From the NCBI GenBank assembly GCA_048939995.1, contig JBHLOY010000006.1, positions 96,001 to 160,000 on the forward strand: a DNA stretch of 64,000 nucleotides. The letters run 5' to 3'. How positions within the stretch are numbered: the stretch's first letter is position 1; the number at the start of each line of letters is the position of its first letter. Positions 19,129 through 28,342 of the stretch are shown here, piece after piece. This stretch comes from Promethearchaeota archaeon. Its GTDB lineage: Archaea; Asgardarchaeota; Lokiarchaeia; Sigyniarchaeales; SOKP01. The notes beneath the pieces were generated by a model. The model was not told the origin of the DNA, did no database searches, and saw nothing but the letters and a program-made list of their open reading frames with translations. The translations under genes and the position numbers were made by a program.

Positions 19129-19809
19129 ATGGAGAATCGACTTTTAAACCAATTTAATAATGTAATTTCTTCTCAATGGCTATCCAAAAATATTCAAATA
19201 CCGTATGAACCATTAAAATCAAAAGAATTATTCGAATTAGCATATCATTGTTGCAATTCAATAACAATGAGAAATATTTTTATTAAATTAGCTCCCAGTG
19301 AGGATAAAGGAGGATTTCAAGCAATTTTTTATTCTAGTAGTAAAAAATTCATAAATATCGTAGCATTGGATAATGAAATAAAATTAACAAAATTCTTTCC
19401 CGAGGGTTCTACTGGAGATAAGATTATAACAGAAATTCAGCCTCTTTTAAATAAAAGAAAAGACCAATATATAAAAAAGGATAAAGATATTCAAACTCAA
19501 ATACTTAAAATGATCCTAGTGGAACGCAAATTAGATGAATGTGCAAATTTAGTAATGTTAAAAGAGATAAATAGAAAAGTTTATTTCTCTATTGGGGATG
19601 CTAGAGAGAGTGCTGCTGTAATACCAATATTTATGGAAGCTGATGGAGCAAGTCTAGTACAACTAGCGCTAAACAAATGGATGACTATAGTCCAAAATCT
19701 GGACCAAGAGAAATTTTTTCCTGATAATCTTGTTGCAGGATTACTTAAAAATCTTATGCAGATAAAAAAATGGATATTAAATTTAATCTCAACAAATTTA
19801 GATAAATAG
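19129..19809 (+). CDS. Hypothetical protein
   Basis: 226-aa ORF with host-like codon usage; no motif recognised. Confidence 0.7.
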   Translation: MENRLLNQFNNVISSQWLSKNIQIPYEPLKSKELFELAYHCCNSITMRNIFIKLAPSEDKGGFQAIFYSSSKKFINIVALDNEIKLTKFFPEGSTGDKIITEIQPLLNKRKDQYIKKDKDIQTQILKMILVERKLDECANLVMLKEINRKVYFSIGDARESAAVIPIFMEADGASLVQLALNKWMTIVQNLDQEKFFPDNLVAGLLKNLMQIKKWILNLISTNLDK

Positions 19810-19832
19810 TGTTATTTTTCAATTTAAAAAAA

Positions 19833-20011
19833 TGGGCCATCGGGGATTTGAACCCCGGATTTCCCTTACTCATTGATGGAATCACAATGAGACTCAGGTT
19901 TTTACTAATAACGGACAAATTATTTTGTTGTATGTCCGTTGGTCATTTATAAGACCTGCGCTTTTTGACCAAGCTTTAAAGAGCTTGTTAACCAGTCTGA
20001 GCTAATGGCCC
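19833..20011 (-). tRNA. tRNA-Ile (anticodon UAU) with three introns (19964-19988, 19900-19946, 19861-19892)
   Basis: The spliced product GGGCCATTAGCTCAGACTGGTTAAAGCGCAGGTCTTATAAACCTGAGATCCGGGGTTCAAATCCCCGATGGCCCA (75 nt) folds as a cloverleaf. Each intron is a hairpin flanked by 3-nt bulges. Confidence 0.88.
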
Positions 20012-20190
20012 AAGACAATGATAATTCTATCTAAAGTATTTCTCCATATTTAAAAAAATATTTTTCTTACAAATTCAAAAGTTTCAAAAACATAAAAATT
20101 TTTTTATTGTTGCACTCTGTTATATTTATAATTAAAGCTTTAAAATGAATTTATTTAGAATTTAATTATATATATAAGAGTGAGAAGATT

Positions 20191-20592
20191 ATGGCTGAAA
20201 TGCTTACAGATTTATTAAATTCGATTTATAAAAGAATAGCCCAATTAGGTCAAGCCATTCAAGCTCTAAATACATCCTTAGATGGACTAAATAAAAATAT
20301 CGAAGAAAAAATTACCAATTTAAATGAAAAGCTAAAATCATTTGAAGAAGAAATAGATATCACTCAAACAAAACACATTGAAGTTTTAAGAGAAATTGGT
20401 GAAAGCACAAAATCAGAATTAATAAGCATTAAAGAGGGATTGGGTTTAGATGCTTTAAACACTTTAATAAAAAAGCTTGACGAATTTCAAAAACTATCTG
20501 GGGAGGTTTTAAATCAAGACACAGTGAATTTATTACTTTCTGAGGCTATAAATTCCGTGAAAAATTTAAAACAATCCTCTACAAAATTATAA
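20191..20592 (+). CDS. Coiled-coil protein
   Basis: 133-aa ORF with continuous heptad pattern. Confidence 0.7.
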   Translation: MAEMLTDLLNSIYKRIAQLGQAIQALNTSLDGLNKNIEEKITNLNEKLKSFEEEIDITQTKHIEVLREIGESTKSELISIKEGLGLDALNTLIKKLDEFQKLSGEVLNQDTVNLLLSEAINSVKNLKQSSTKL

Positions 20593-20604
20593 AATGGTGA
20601 TATT

Positions 20605-21024
20605 ATGGCAGAAAATTTATTAAATGAGATGATCAATAAGATCAATCAAATAACTTCTTCGTTAGATGGCACTATTGCTCAGATTAATCAAATGAGTACA
20701 TCAATTCAAGCCATGTCTCAGAAGTTTTCTGAAGAAACTATTTCTGTTAATGAAAATATCCGTCTTATAGTAGAAGTACTTAAACAATTTAGAATGAAAT
20801 CTAGTGAGAGTATTCAGGAAATTGCTGATGATTTTAATGCAAAGGTTAAAGAATTATATGAAAAGAAATCATTAGAAACTATTACTGAAGAAGAAAGAAA
20901 AGCGATAGAAATAATTAGACAAGTGGCTAAAACAGTTTCTAACAACCTTTATTACGCGCAACTTTTAAATATTATTCAATCAATTAGAGAAGAAACTAAT
21001 AGAATAATGAGTTGCAAGGAATAG
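20605..21024 (+). CDS. Coiled-coil protein
   Basis: 139-aa ORF with heptad pattern; GGTGA ribosome-binding site upstream. Confidence 0.7.
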   Translation: MAENLLNEMINKINQITSSLDGTIAQINQMSTSIQAMSQKFSEETISVNENIRLIVEVLKQFRMKSSESIQEIADDFNAKVKELYEKKSLETITEEERKAIEIIRQVAKTVSNNLYYAQLLNIIQSIREETNRIMSCKE

Positions 21025-21086
21025 TAAACTCTTTAAATTTAGATGATTATTATATTTTATTATTATTTTATGGAGACTAGATAACA

Positions 21087-21989
21087 ATGCCAATCGGCAG
21101 TTTTGTAATATTATTACCGTTAGAAGCAGATTATAAAATATTAGGATATTATTTTAAAGAAGGTAAGTCAAGTTTTGAAGTGTCGAATGATCTTTTTCTA
21201 AGATTGAATTTGGATCATGGGAAAAATGAATACAATCTTTTAAAAATAAAAGATTTTCAAATTTTTTCCTATCTCTATAAATTCAAAGGAAAATTATCTA
21301 GAAAAGCTTCAGGTACAATAATAGGTTTGTTACTGAATGAGAATGATAAACCTGAGAAATTTCGTTCTTCGCTTAAATTGGGAGCAGAAGCAATTGAAAT
21401 TATTGGATTAAATTTATTAAATTTATCGAAAGCTGAATTTAGACCTATTTTAAAAGATATTTATTATGAGCATTTAGAACCATTTATTGATATATTAAAA
21501 CCAGAAGCTTTGAAATCAAGTATTATATCTATTACGAAATTCATGTTAAGTGGAGGAAAGAATGAAAGAAAAATTGCTCAAGACCTTCTAAAAAAAGTAG
21601 AAGATGGTGAACATGAAAAAATCTCTGAACATTATAATATTGCTGAAGAAGCACTAAAATCGTTAGATTACGAAAAAGCTGCAAAATTTTATAAAAAAGC
21701 TGCTGACATAGCTGAATCGTTATATGTAATAGATATCGCAGAATCCTTGAATGAAAAGGCAAATTTTTCAGAAAAAGTCCCAGAGATATCTAAACAGAGA
21801 GATAAATTAGTACAAGAGGCTAGAAATTCCTTAAAAAATGATGACTTTCATTCAGCTTATTTATCATATAAAAAAGCAAGTGAATTATCAAAAAAACTTG
21901 TAGAATTTGAAAAGGAAGAAGAGTACAGACTAAAATCTAAAGCATTAGAGGAATTCTACAAAGTAGACGAAAAATATAGAAATAAATAA
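21087..21989 (+). CDS. Putative longin-like N-terminal domain plus TPR-like helical repeats
   Basis: N-terminal beta-beta-alpha-beta-beta-beta-alpha pattern; C-terminal repeats DYEKAAKFYKKAADIA and DFHSAYLSYKKASELS. Confidence 0.5.
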   Translation: MPIGSFVILLPLEADYKILGYYFKEGKSSFEVSNDLFLRLNLDHGKNEYNLLKIKDFQIFSYLYKFKGKLSRKASGTIIGLLLNENDKPEKFRSSLKLGAEAIEIIGLNLLNLSKAEFRPILKDIYYEHLEPFIDILKPEALKSSIISITKFMLSGGKNERKIAQDLLKKVEDGEHEKISEHYNIAEEALKSLDYEKAAKFYKKAADIAESLYVIDIAESLNEKANFSEKVPEISKQRDKLVQEARNSLKNDDFHSAYLSYKKASELSKKLVEFEKEEEYRLKSKALEEFYKVDEKYRNK

Positions 21990-21993
21990 AACA

Positions 21994-22830
21994 ATGGGCA
22001 ATTTGAACAAAAAAGTTATTGGCTTGATAACTGATTTTGGAACGAGGGGTTTACATTATGTTGCAACAATGAAAGCTGTAATATTAAATATTAATCGTAA
22101 TGTTGATATTATAGATATAAACCATAATATTACTCCTTATAATTTATATGAAGCCTCTTTCTTAATTAAAACAACCTATAATTACTTTCCTGAAGGTTCA
22201 ATTTTCATTATAGTTGTAGATCCTGGAGTCGGCTCGTTGAGAGAAATTATTGCGATTAAATTAATTTCTAACTACTTCTTTATAGGACCTAACAATGGGA
22301 TCTTTACAAACGTGTTTAAAATGGATGAGATAATTGAATGTGTTAGTGTTAAAAACAAGAGCTACTTTCTTAAACCAATCTCTAATACTTTTCATGGGAG
22401 AGATATAATGGCACCTGTTGGAGCCTATATTTCCAAAAATCATAAATTAATGGAATTTGGGCCCCCATTTGACCCTAAAAATTTGGTTCGTGTTCCTTAT
22501 ACATATCAAGTTTTTAATTCAGATAGAAGAATAACAGCAACTATTATCTATATTGATGAATTTGGAAATAGTATCACAAATATTCCATTGAACCAAAAAA
22601 AGATAAGTGATACTCTAATAACCTTGAAAGAAGGCGAAAAAATTAAATTATTATTTAAAAGTAAAGAATATACAGGACCTTTTACAAGTCATTATAATAA
22701 TGTGCCAAAAAGGGCAATCTTATTTTTAGAAGGATCATATGGATTATTAGAAATCTCTCTTAATCAAGGGAATGCTGCAGAAAAAATTGGATTTAATGTG
22801 GGGGATACAATAACAATAAAATTTAAATAA
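21994..22830 (+). CDS. SAM hydroxide adenosyltransferase / SAM-dependent halogenase family (DUF62)
   Basis: LITDFG, VVDPGVGS, GPNNG, SNTFHGRDI and IDEFGN motifs. Confidence 0.93.
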   Translation: MGNLNKKVIGLITDFGTRGLHYVATMKAVILNINRNVDIIDINHNITPYNLYEASFLIKTTYNYFPEGSIFIIVVDPGVGSLREIIAIKLISNYFFIGPNNGIFTNVFKMDEIIECVSVKNKSYFLKPISNTFHGRDIMAPVGAYISKNHKLMEFGPPFDPKNLVRVPYTYQVFNSDRRITATIIYIDEFGNSITNIPLNQKKISDTLITLKEGEKIKLLFKSKEYTGPFTSHYNNVPKRAILFLEGSYGLLEISLNQGNAAEKIGFNVGDTITIKFK

Positions 22831-22855
22831 TCAACTTATAGTTGGGTTCAAACTT

Positions 22856-23998
22856 ATGGAAAAAGAAATTTTAGCTTGTATTGAAAAAAAAAACATAAAA
22901 TACCTTCACTCAGGTCAAATTTCAAAATTTATTTATCCTATGGAGAGACAAGAAGCTCATAAGCGAAAAGTTAGTCACTTGATTATTAGAGTCTTTATAG
23001 TATCTATTTCACCTAAAAATAATGTCTTTTTTCTGGTTCAAAAGAGAAGTAATAAAAAGAAAGAGTTTCCAGAATATTTTACAGATTCTGCTTCAGGGCA
23101 TGTAATATATAAAAAAAATCTAAATATTAATGATATTAAAAATAACGCAAAAAGGGAATTACAAGAAGAATTCGGCATTCCTCCAAAAGCAATTATCCAA
23201 ATTAAATTCTATGATTTAAAAGCTGAAATAAATGAAAAGACTATAGAAATTGCTTACACTTTTTTAGTTTTAGTAGAATATAATATCGAATTAAAACCTA
23301 ATCCAGAGGAACTGGAAATTAGAGACAGTAGGTTTTATAGTAAATCAGAACTGAAACAAATATTAGAAAATGAGAAATATATTGATTATTCAAAGAAAAT
23401 TTGGAAAGAACTTCTTGAATTGGATATTATTAAATACTTCCAACAAAATAATCTCAACAAGAGTCCAGCAAAAAATGAAATTGCTTTCTTTATTGGTAGA
23501 TTTCAACCATTTCATCATGGACATTTATACGTACTTAATCAACTTTTAAAAAGTTATAAGTCCGTCAAAATAGGGATAGGTAGCTCCCAACTCTCTAATA
23601 CTAAGACAGATCCTTTCTCTAGTAAAGAAAGAATCCAATTTATTAGAGCTGCTCTGGAAAAAAGAAATATTAATCAAGCAAAATACAAAATCTATGAAAT
23701 TCCAGATATCTTTAATGCTAAAAAATGGGTTGATCATGTAAAATCTATAGTAGGAGAATTTAATATTATTTTTTCTAATAGCGAATGGGTAAGGCAATTA
23801 TTTAAAGCAAAAGGATATAGATTAGGAAAAAAAATTACAATTTTCAAGAAGAAGTATAATGGCTCTAAAATCAGAAAATTAATCAGTAGAAATAATCAGA
23901 CTTGGAAAAATTTAGTTCCAAAAGAAGTAGCAAATTTAATAGTTCAAAATAATGGTATAGAAAGAATTAAAAATCAATCTGAGGCATCTGAGTCATGA
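22856..23998 (+). CDS. Fusion of N-terminal Nudix (IDI-like) and C-terminal NMN adenylyltransferase
   Basis: LVQKRS...SASGHV...AKRELQEEFGI, then FIGRFQPFHHGH, IGIGSSQ and DPFSSKER. Confidence 0.85.
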   Translation: MEKEILACIEKKNIKYLHSGQISKFIYPMERQEAHKRKVSHLIIRVFIVSISPKNNVFFLVQKRSNKKKEFPEYFTDSASGHVIYKKNLNINDIKNNAKRELQEEFGIPPKAIIQIKFYDLKAEINEKTIEIAYTFLVLVEYNIELKPNPEELEIRDSRFYSKSELKQILENEKYIDYSKKIWKELLELDIIKYFQQNNLNKSPAKNEIAFFIGRFQPFHHGHLYVLNQLLKSYKSVKIGIGSSQLSNTKTDPFSSKERIQFIRAALEKRNINQAKYKIYEIPDIFNAKKWVDHVKSIVGEFNIIFSNSEWVRQLFKAKGYRLGKKITIFKKKYNGSKIRKLISRNNQTWKNLVPKEVANLIVQNNGIERIKNQSEASES

Positions 23999-25062
23999 AT
24001 AAGCGGAAATATTTAGAAATTGACGGGGCATATGGTGAAGGAGGTGGTTCTATTTTACGGCTTGCTGCCGGTTTTTCCGTATTATTCAATCTACCAATAA
24101 AAATATTCAACATTCGAGCTAATCGTCCTAAAAAAGGATTACGCCTTCAACATCTTCTAGGGTTACAAACATTAGCTAATTTAACTGGGAGTCAACTTAA
24201 TGCCCTAGATGGAGAATGTAAAGTCGGCACAGAAGAATTAATTTTTATACCAAATCGGAGCTTTATAAATAAACTTAATATTGAAGTTAACACTGCAGCT
24301 AATATTGGGTTATTACTCCAACCAATCCAGATTTCTAGTCTTGGAATTTCTCAAAATGGTCAGATCGAAATCTTTATTAATGGAGGAGGAACCTTTGGTA
24401 AGTGGGCTCCTAGCTTAAATTACCTAGCAAATGTAACATATCCTATTCTCAAAAAAAGCGGTCTTGAAATACTAGTTGATGTGAAAGAATACGGATTTTA
24501 CCCAAAAGGAGGTGCCTTAACTACATGCACAATAGTTCCTCCCAAATCAAAATTAAAACCAATCAATTTGATAGAACTCGGAAATATTGATTTAATCCAA
24601 GGTGAAATAATAATCTCAAATTTACAAAAAAATATTGGAGAGAGAATTAAAGGTTCAATAAATCAAGAAATACGACATGACTTCCGAGTTGAAACTGATA
24701 TAAAGTACTTTACGGTGAAATCTCTTAGCCCAGGGGTAGGAGTATGTCTCTGGGCACATTCTGATTCAGGTGCAATCATTTCTTCAGGGACTATTCTTGG
24801 TGAGAAAAGTATGAGTTCAGAAAAGTTAGGAAAGATTGCTTCAAGGGAAATTTTAAAATACGTTTACAATCAAATACCCATCGATAATTATCTAAGCGAT
24901 CAATTAATACCACTCATTGCTTTCATTAAAGAACACTCCTCACTTAGAGTACTTGAAATTACAGGACATACTAAGACTAATTTGGAATTAGTAAAACTCT
25001 TTACAAATAGGGATTATGAAATTACGAAAGATAAAAATTCTTTTATAATTGAATATTTTTAA
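23995..25062 (+). CDS. rtcA: RNA 3'-terminal phosphate cyclase
   Basis: IDGAYGEGGGSILR, IRANRPKKGLRLQHL, GFYPKGG, DNYLSDQL, and catalytic His in TGHTKTN. Confidence 0.93.
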   Translation: MNKRKYLEIDGAYGEGGGSILRLAAGFSVLFNLPIKIFNIRANRPKKGLRLQHLLGLQTLANLTGSQLNALDGECKVGTEELIFIPNRSFINKLNIEVNTAANIGLLLQPIQISSLGISQNGQIEIFINGGGTFGKWAPSLNYLANVTYPILKKSGLEILVDVKEYGFYPKGGALTTCTIVPPKSKLKPINLIELGNIDLIQGEIIISNLQKNIGERIKGSINQEIRHDFRVETDIKYFTVKSLSPGVGVCLWAHSDSGAIISSGTILGEKSMSSEKLGKIASREILKYVYNQIPIDNYLSDQLIPLIAFIKEHSSLRVLEITGHTKTNLELVKLFTNRDYEITKDKNSFIIEYF

Positions 25063-25163
25063 TATTCTTTTGAAAACTCTTCTTAAGAGTTGAAATTGCT
25101 AAAAACATATAAATGATTATAATTATATGATTTATATAAAAAATTAAATAGTTAAAAACAGAT

Positions 25164-26072
25164 ATGGCAGCTACAACGACTCAGCTACGATGTCCCAGAT
25201 GCGGAAATGAAGTTCGGGCAGATTTCTTTGTCTGTGCTTTCTGTGGTAAACGATTAAGATTTGAAAAAATAGAAAACTTTTCCATTTTTAAACGTATCGA
25301 GTCAAATTGGACTACTCCCGATCCTTGGTATAAGATATTATTATGGTTATTTATAAAGCCAAATAAGGCATTCTGGAGCATTAATCATCGCAGAAAGTCC
25401 GCTCCAGGCTATATTATATTACTTTTTAATGCTCTACTCTATGGAATTATGGGATTGGCATTTTTCTCACATTTTAATATACAAGATGTCCCTCCTCTTG
25501 ACTTTAGAATCTTTTTTTATAATTTATCTATATTTATCGCCTTCTTTCTTTTTGGTTTGGCATATTTTTTTATTTTTGGCTTCATTCTAATTTGGTTATT
25601 TACAAAGGGAGCAAATTATGCTGTTGGATTTTCAGAAAAATTAGAGTCTTATCTTGGAAGTGAAGCAAAAGAACAGTATCGTGAAGCAGAAATGAGTCCT
25701 TTTAGTATATATAAAGGAGGTACTTTACATCAACAACAAGCTTTTAAATACAAAATGATGTTCTGCTCATTTACTCCTTTTATTTTAATCAATATCGTCG
25801 AAATTATCATTGTATTGATTGGTTTTGGCTCCCAGCCAATTAATATTTTAGGATTGTTCGATCCATTAGTCTTTAATGATATTTTTAGTTCTCCTACATG
25901 GACAATTTTACATACTATTGATGCGATAACTGTTGGAATTTGGGTTCCAATATTAGTTGCGCTTTCGATAAGAGAATTATCAAACTCATCAACCACAAGA
26001 GTTTTGTTATCGTCTTTAATAATAGGTATAGTTGTAGCATTGCTTTTCTTCTTCTTACGACCAACATTTTGA
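25164..26072 (+). CDS. Zinc-ribbon plus Yip1-like polytopic membrane protein
   Basis: CPRCG...CAFCG; LFIKPNKAFWSI followed by about 5 TM helices. Confidence 0.65.
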   Translation: MAATTTQLRCPRCGNEVRADFFVCAFCGKRLRFEKIENFSIFKRIESNWTTPDPWYKILLWLFIKPNKAFWSINHRRKSAPGYIILLFNALLYGIMGLAFFSHFNIQDVPPLDFRIFFYNLSIFIAFFLFGLAYFFIFGFILIWLFTKGANYAVGFSEKLESYLGSEAKEQYREAEMSPFSIYKGGTLHQQQAFKYKMMFCSFTPFILINIVEIIIVLIGFGSQPINILGLFDPLVFNDIFSSPTWTILHTIDAITVGIWVPILVALSIRELSNSSTTRVLLSSLIIGIVVALLFFFLRPTF

Positions 26073-26133
26073 AGATAAATTTATTAACTCTAAATCTTCT
26101 TTTTATATAATCACTGATCTATTTCCTTGTTAA

Positions 26134-26775
26134 ATGTCTGAAGAACAAAAAAAGAAGGCTAAAATGGATGATATGGAATCAGAACTTTATTCAATTGTTA
26201 ATACAATACATACATTGTATAAAAAATATCAAAGTGGTAATTTGAACCACAATTTTTTCCAAAAATCCATTAAAAGCTGTATGAACGATCTTTTAAAAAT
26301 TAATTTCGAATTAAAAGAACAAAATATTGATATTTCTGAGTTCTTAGATTATATGGACTTTAATGAACAATACTATGGAGCAATTGATATCATAAATAGT
26401 GTATCAGATCTTAATTTTTCAAGAATTCATGGCGAGGAATCAGATTTACTCAGTAAAGGAATTAGCGCATCTATCCTAGAGCTTCCCGGTGTTACTTCTC
26501 AAATCACTTCTTCTTTTATTACTCTATTAGATGCGCTCAGATTAAACGCATTAGATAATAAAAATATTACATCTCAATTATTTAAGGACATAAAAGATAA
26601 TCTGGAAAAATTTCCGGGCTTAGAATTAATTCGATTTAACCTTGAAAACATTTATAAAAATGTTTTAAACAACTACTCAAAATTTATTAAAAATAAGAAG
26701 TTTAGAGATTCAATTGAAGATGATTTATACAAACTATATCAAGATTTTCAAAAGAAATTGAATTTGAGAGATTAG
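26134..26775 (+). CDS. Vps28-like ESCRT-I subunit
   Basis: N-terminal ESELYSIVNTIHTLYKKY and C-terminal VTSQITSSFITLLDALRL resemble the Vps28 LYAIIxTLExLEKAY and FITxMDxLRL motifs. Confidence 0.75.
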   Translation: MSEEQKKKAKMDDMESELYSIVNTIHTLYKKYQSGNLNHNFFQKSIKSCMNDLLKINFELKEQNIDISEFLDYMDFNEQYYGAIDIINSVSDLNFSRIHGEESDLLSKGISASILELPGVTSQITSSFITLLDALRLNALDNKNITSQLFKDIKDNLEKFPGLELIRFNLENIYKNVLNNYSKFIKNKKFRDSIEDDLYKLYQDFQKKLNLRD

Positions 26776-26867
26776 TTAAAATAATAAAATTAATTAACTT
26801 GTTACAACTTTATATTATATTAATTTAAGAGTCAAATTTCAATTAAAAGATTCTAAAGGGAGCTTAA

Positions 26868-27137
26868 TTGCCAAGACCAGGATTACGATCAAAAGCTAAA
26901 GCGAGAAAAAAGCTAAAAACCCCAGGAAACCGTACAACAATGCATTATTGGAGAAGAAAGCCAAGTAAAACTCAATGCATCATATGTAAGAAACCACTTC
27001 AATCAATTCCACGACTAAGACCTTCTGAAATGAAAAAAACAGATAAAACATCCAGAAGAGCAAATAGAATAGCTAGCGGGCGTTATTGTGCTAAATGCTT
27101 ACAAAGTATAGTTAAAGAGACCGTATGGCATTTATAA
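26868..27137 (+). CDS. rpl34e: 50S ribosomal protein eL34
   Basis: KTPGNRT, CIICKKPL and RYCAKC motifs. Confidence 0.93.
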   Translation: MPRPGLRSKAKARKKLKTPGNRTTMHYWRRKPSKTQCIICKKPLQSIPRLRPSEMKKTDKTSRRANRIASGRYCAKCLQSIVKETVWHL

Positions 27138-27190
27138 GATTCTCTTAATATCCCTGCTTAATTTTAGATCTTCAATCACGTTACTCCAAG

Positions 27191-27736
27191 TTGACCAATG
27201 TGATTATTACAATTTCAGGCCTTCATGGAACTGGAAAATCCACAATTGGAAAATTAATTGCAAAAGCTCTTGGCCTTACTTTTTACTCCACGGGTGAAGC
27301 TTTCAGAGAGCTAGCGCATGAAAAAAAAATGACTCTAAAAGAATTTACTGAATATGCTGAAAACAATCCTGATATTGACCTTGAACTAGATAAAAAAGTC
27401 ATTGAAATTGCTAAAAAAGGGAATATCATAGTAGATAGTCAATTAAGCGGATTCCTTCTTGAAAATATAGCAGATTTTAGAATACATTTAGTATGCCCTA
27501 TCGATGTAAGAGTCAATAGGATGGGCTTTAGAGATCAAACTCCATATAAAGAAAAATTAAAAGAAACCACTTTAAGAGAAAGATCAGAAGCTATACGCTT
27601 CAAAAAATTATATAATATTGATATAACAGATCTGAACAAAATAGATGAAAATTTCGATTTGATTATAAATACTGAGAATTTAACAATCGAACAAGTTGTG
27701 GATATTATACTTAAAAAACTGGATGAAGTAGCTTAA
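27191..27736 (+). CDS. cmk: Cytidylate kinase (archaeal type)
   Basis: ITISGLHGTGKST and STGEAFRELA; located between L34e and L14e. Confidence 0.92.
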   Translation: MTNVIITISGLHGTGKSTIGKLIAKALGLTFYSTGEAFRELAHEKKMTLKEFTEYAENNPDIDLELDKKVIEIAKKGNIIVDSQLSGFLLENIADFRIHLVCPIDVRVNRMGFRDQTPYKEKLKETTLRERSEAIRFKKLYNIDITDLNKIDENFDLIINTENLTIEQVVDIILKKLDEVA

Positions 27737-27868
27737 ACCTTCTAATTAACAAAACATAAAAGATTTATTTTTAGTATAATTTCTTCATTTACAAACAAAT
27801 GTTTATCCCGACTGAAGCTTAAATTCAGTTGTGATAAATGAACACAAAATAATTTGGTGACGAATTAT

Positions 27869-28138
27869 ATGAGTATTTATGATATAGGAAGAGTTTGTGT
27901 AAAAACAATGGGAAGAGAAGCAGGAAATTACTGTGTTGTGGTAGACATTATTGACAAGAACTATGTAATAATCGATGGCTTAAAAATTCGAAGAAGGAGA
28001 GTGAATTATAAACATATTGAGCCTTTAGCTGATATAATCGAGATTAAAAAAGGTGCTAAACATGAAGATGTAGAAGCAGCCATTAAAAAAGCTAAATTGG
28101 ATAAAAAAATGAAAGAAACTATAGAAATCCCTAAATAA
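27869..28138 (+). CDS. rpl14e: 50S ribosomal protein eL14
   Basis: IGRVCVKTMGREAG...VDIIDKNYVIIDG; GGTGA ribosome-binding site before the ATG at 27869. Confidence 0.95.
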   Translation: MSIYDIGRVCVKTMGREAGNYCVVVDIIDKNYVIIDGLKIRRRRVNYKHIEPLADIIEIKKGAKHEDVEAAIKKAKLDKKMKETIEIPK

Positions 28139-28207
28139 TAAAATAAGCTTGAAATTCCCTAATAAATATAAATAACGCTTAATTGCGTTATTTAACTTAA
28201 ATTTTTT

Positions 28208-28309
28208 GCAGACATAGCCTAGCCTGGTACGGCGCCAGCTTGGAGAGAATTTCTTACCTAATAAGCTGGTGTGTGAAAGCACTCGAGGGTTCAAATCCCT
28301 CTGTCTGCG
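28208..28309 (+). tRNA. tRNA-Ser (anticodon GGA) with an 18-nt intron (28246-28263) at position 37/38
   Basis: Acceptor GCAGACA/TGTCTGC, discriminator G, anticodon stem CCAGC/GCTGG, long variable arm, T arm GAGGG-TTCAAAT-CCCTC; BHB helix TTGG/CTAA. Confidence 0.92.
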
Positions 28310-28342
28310 TACTTTCTTTTGAGTTATTAACATCTAGGGATC

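Noticed and set aside
19833-28309. Integrated mobile element at the tRNA genes
   Set aside because: No integrase or transposase and no duplicated tRNA 3' end (att site) was seen, and the intervening genes are housekeeping.
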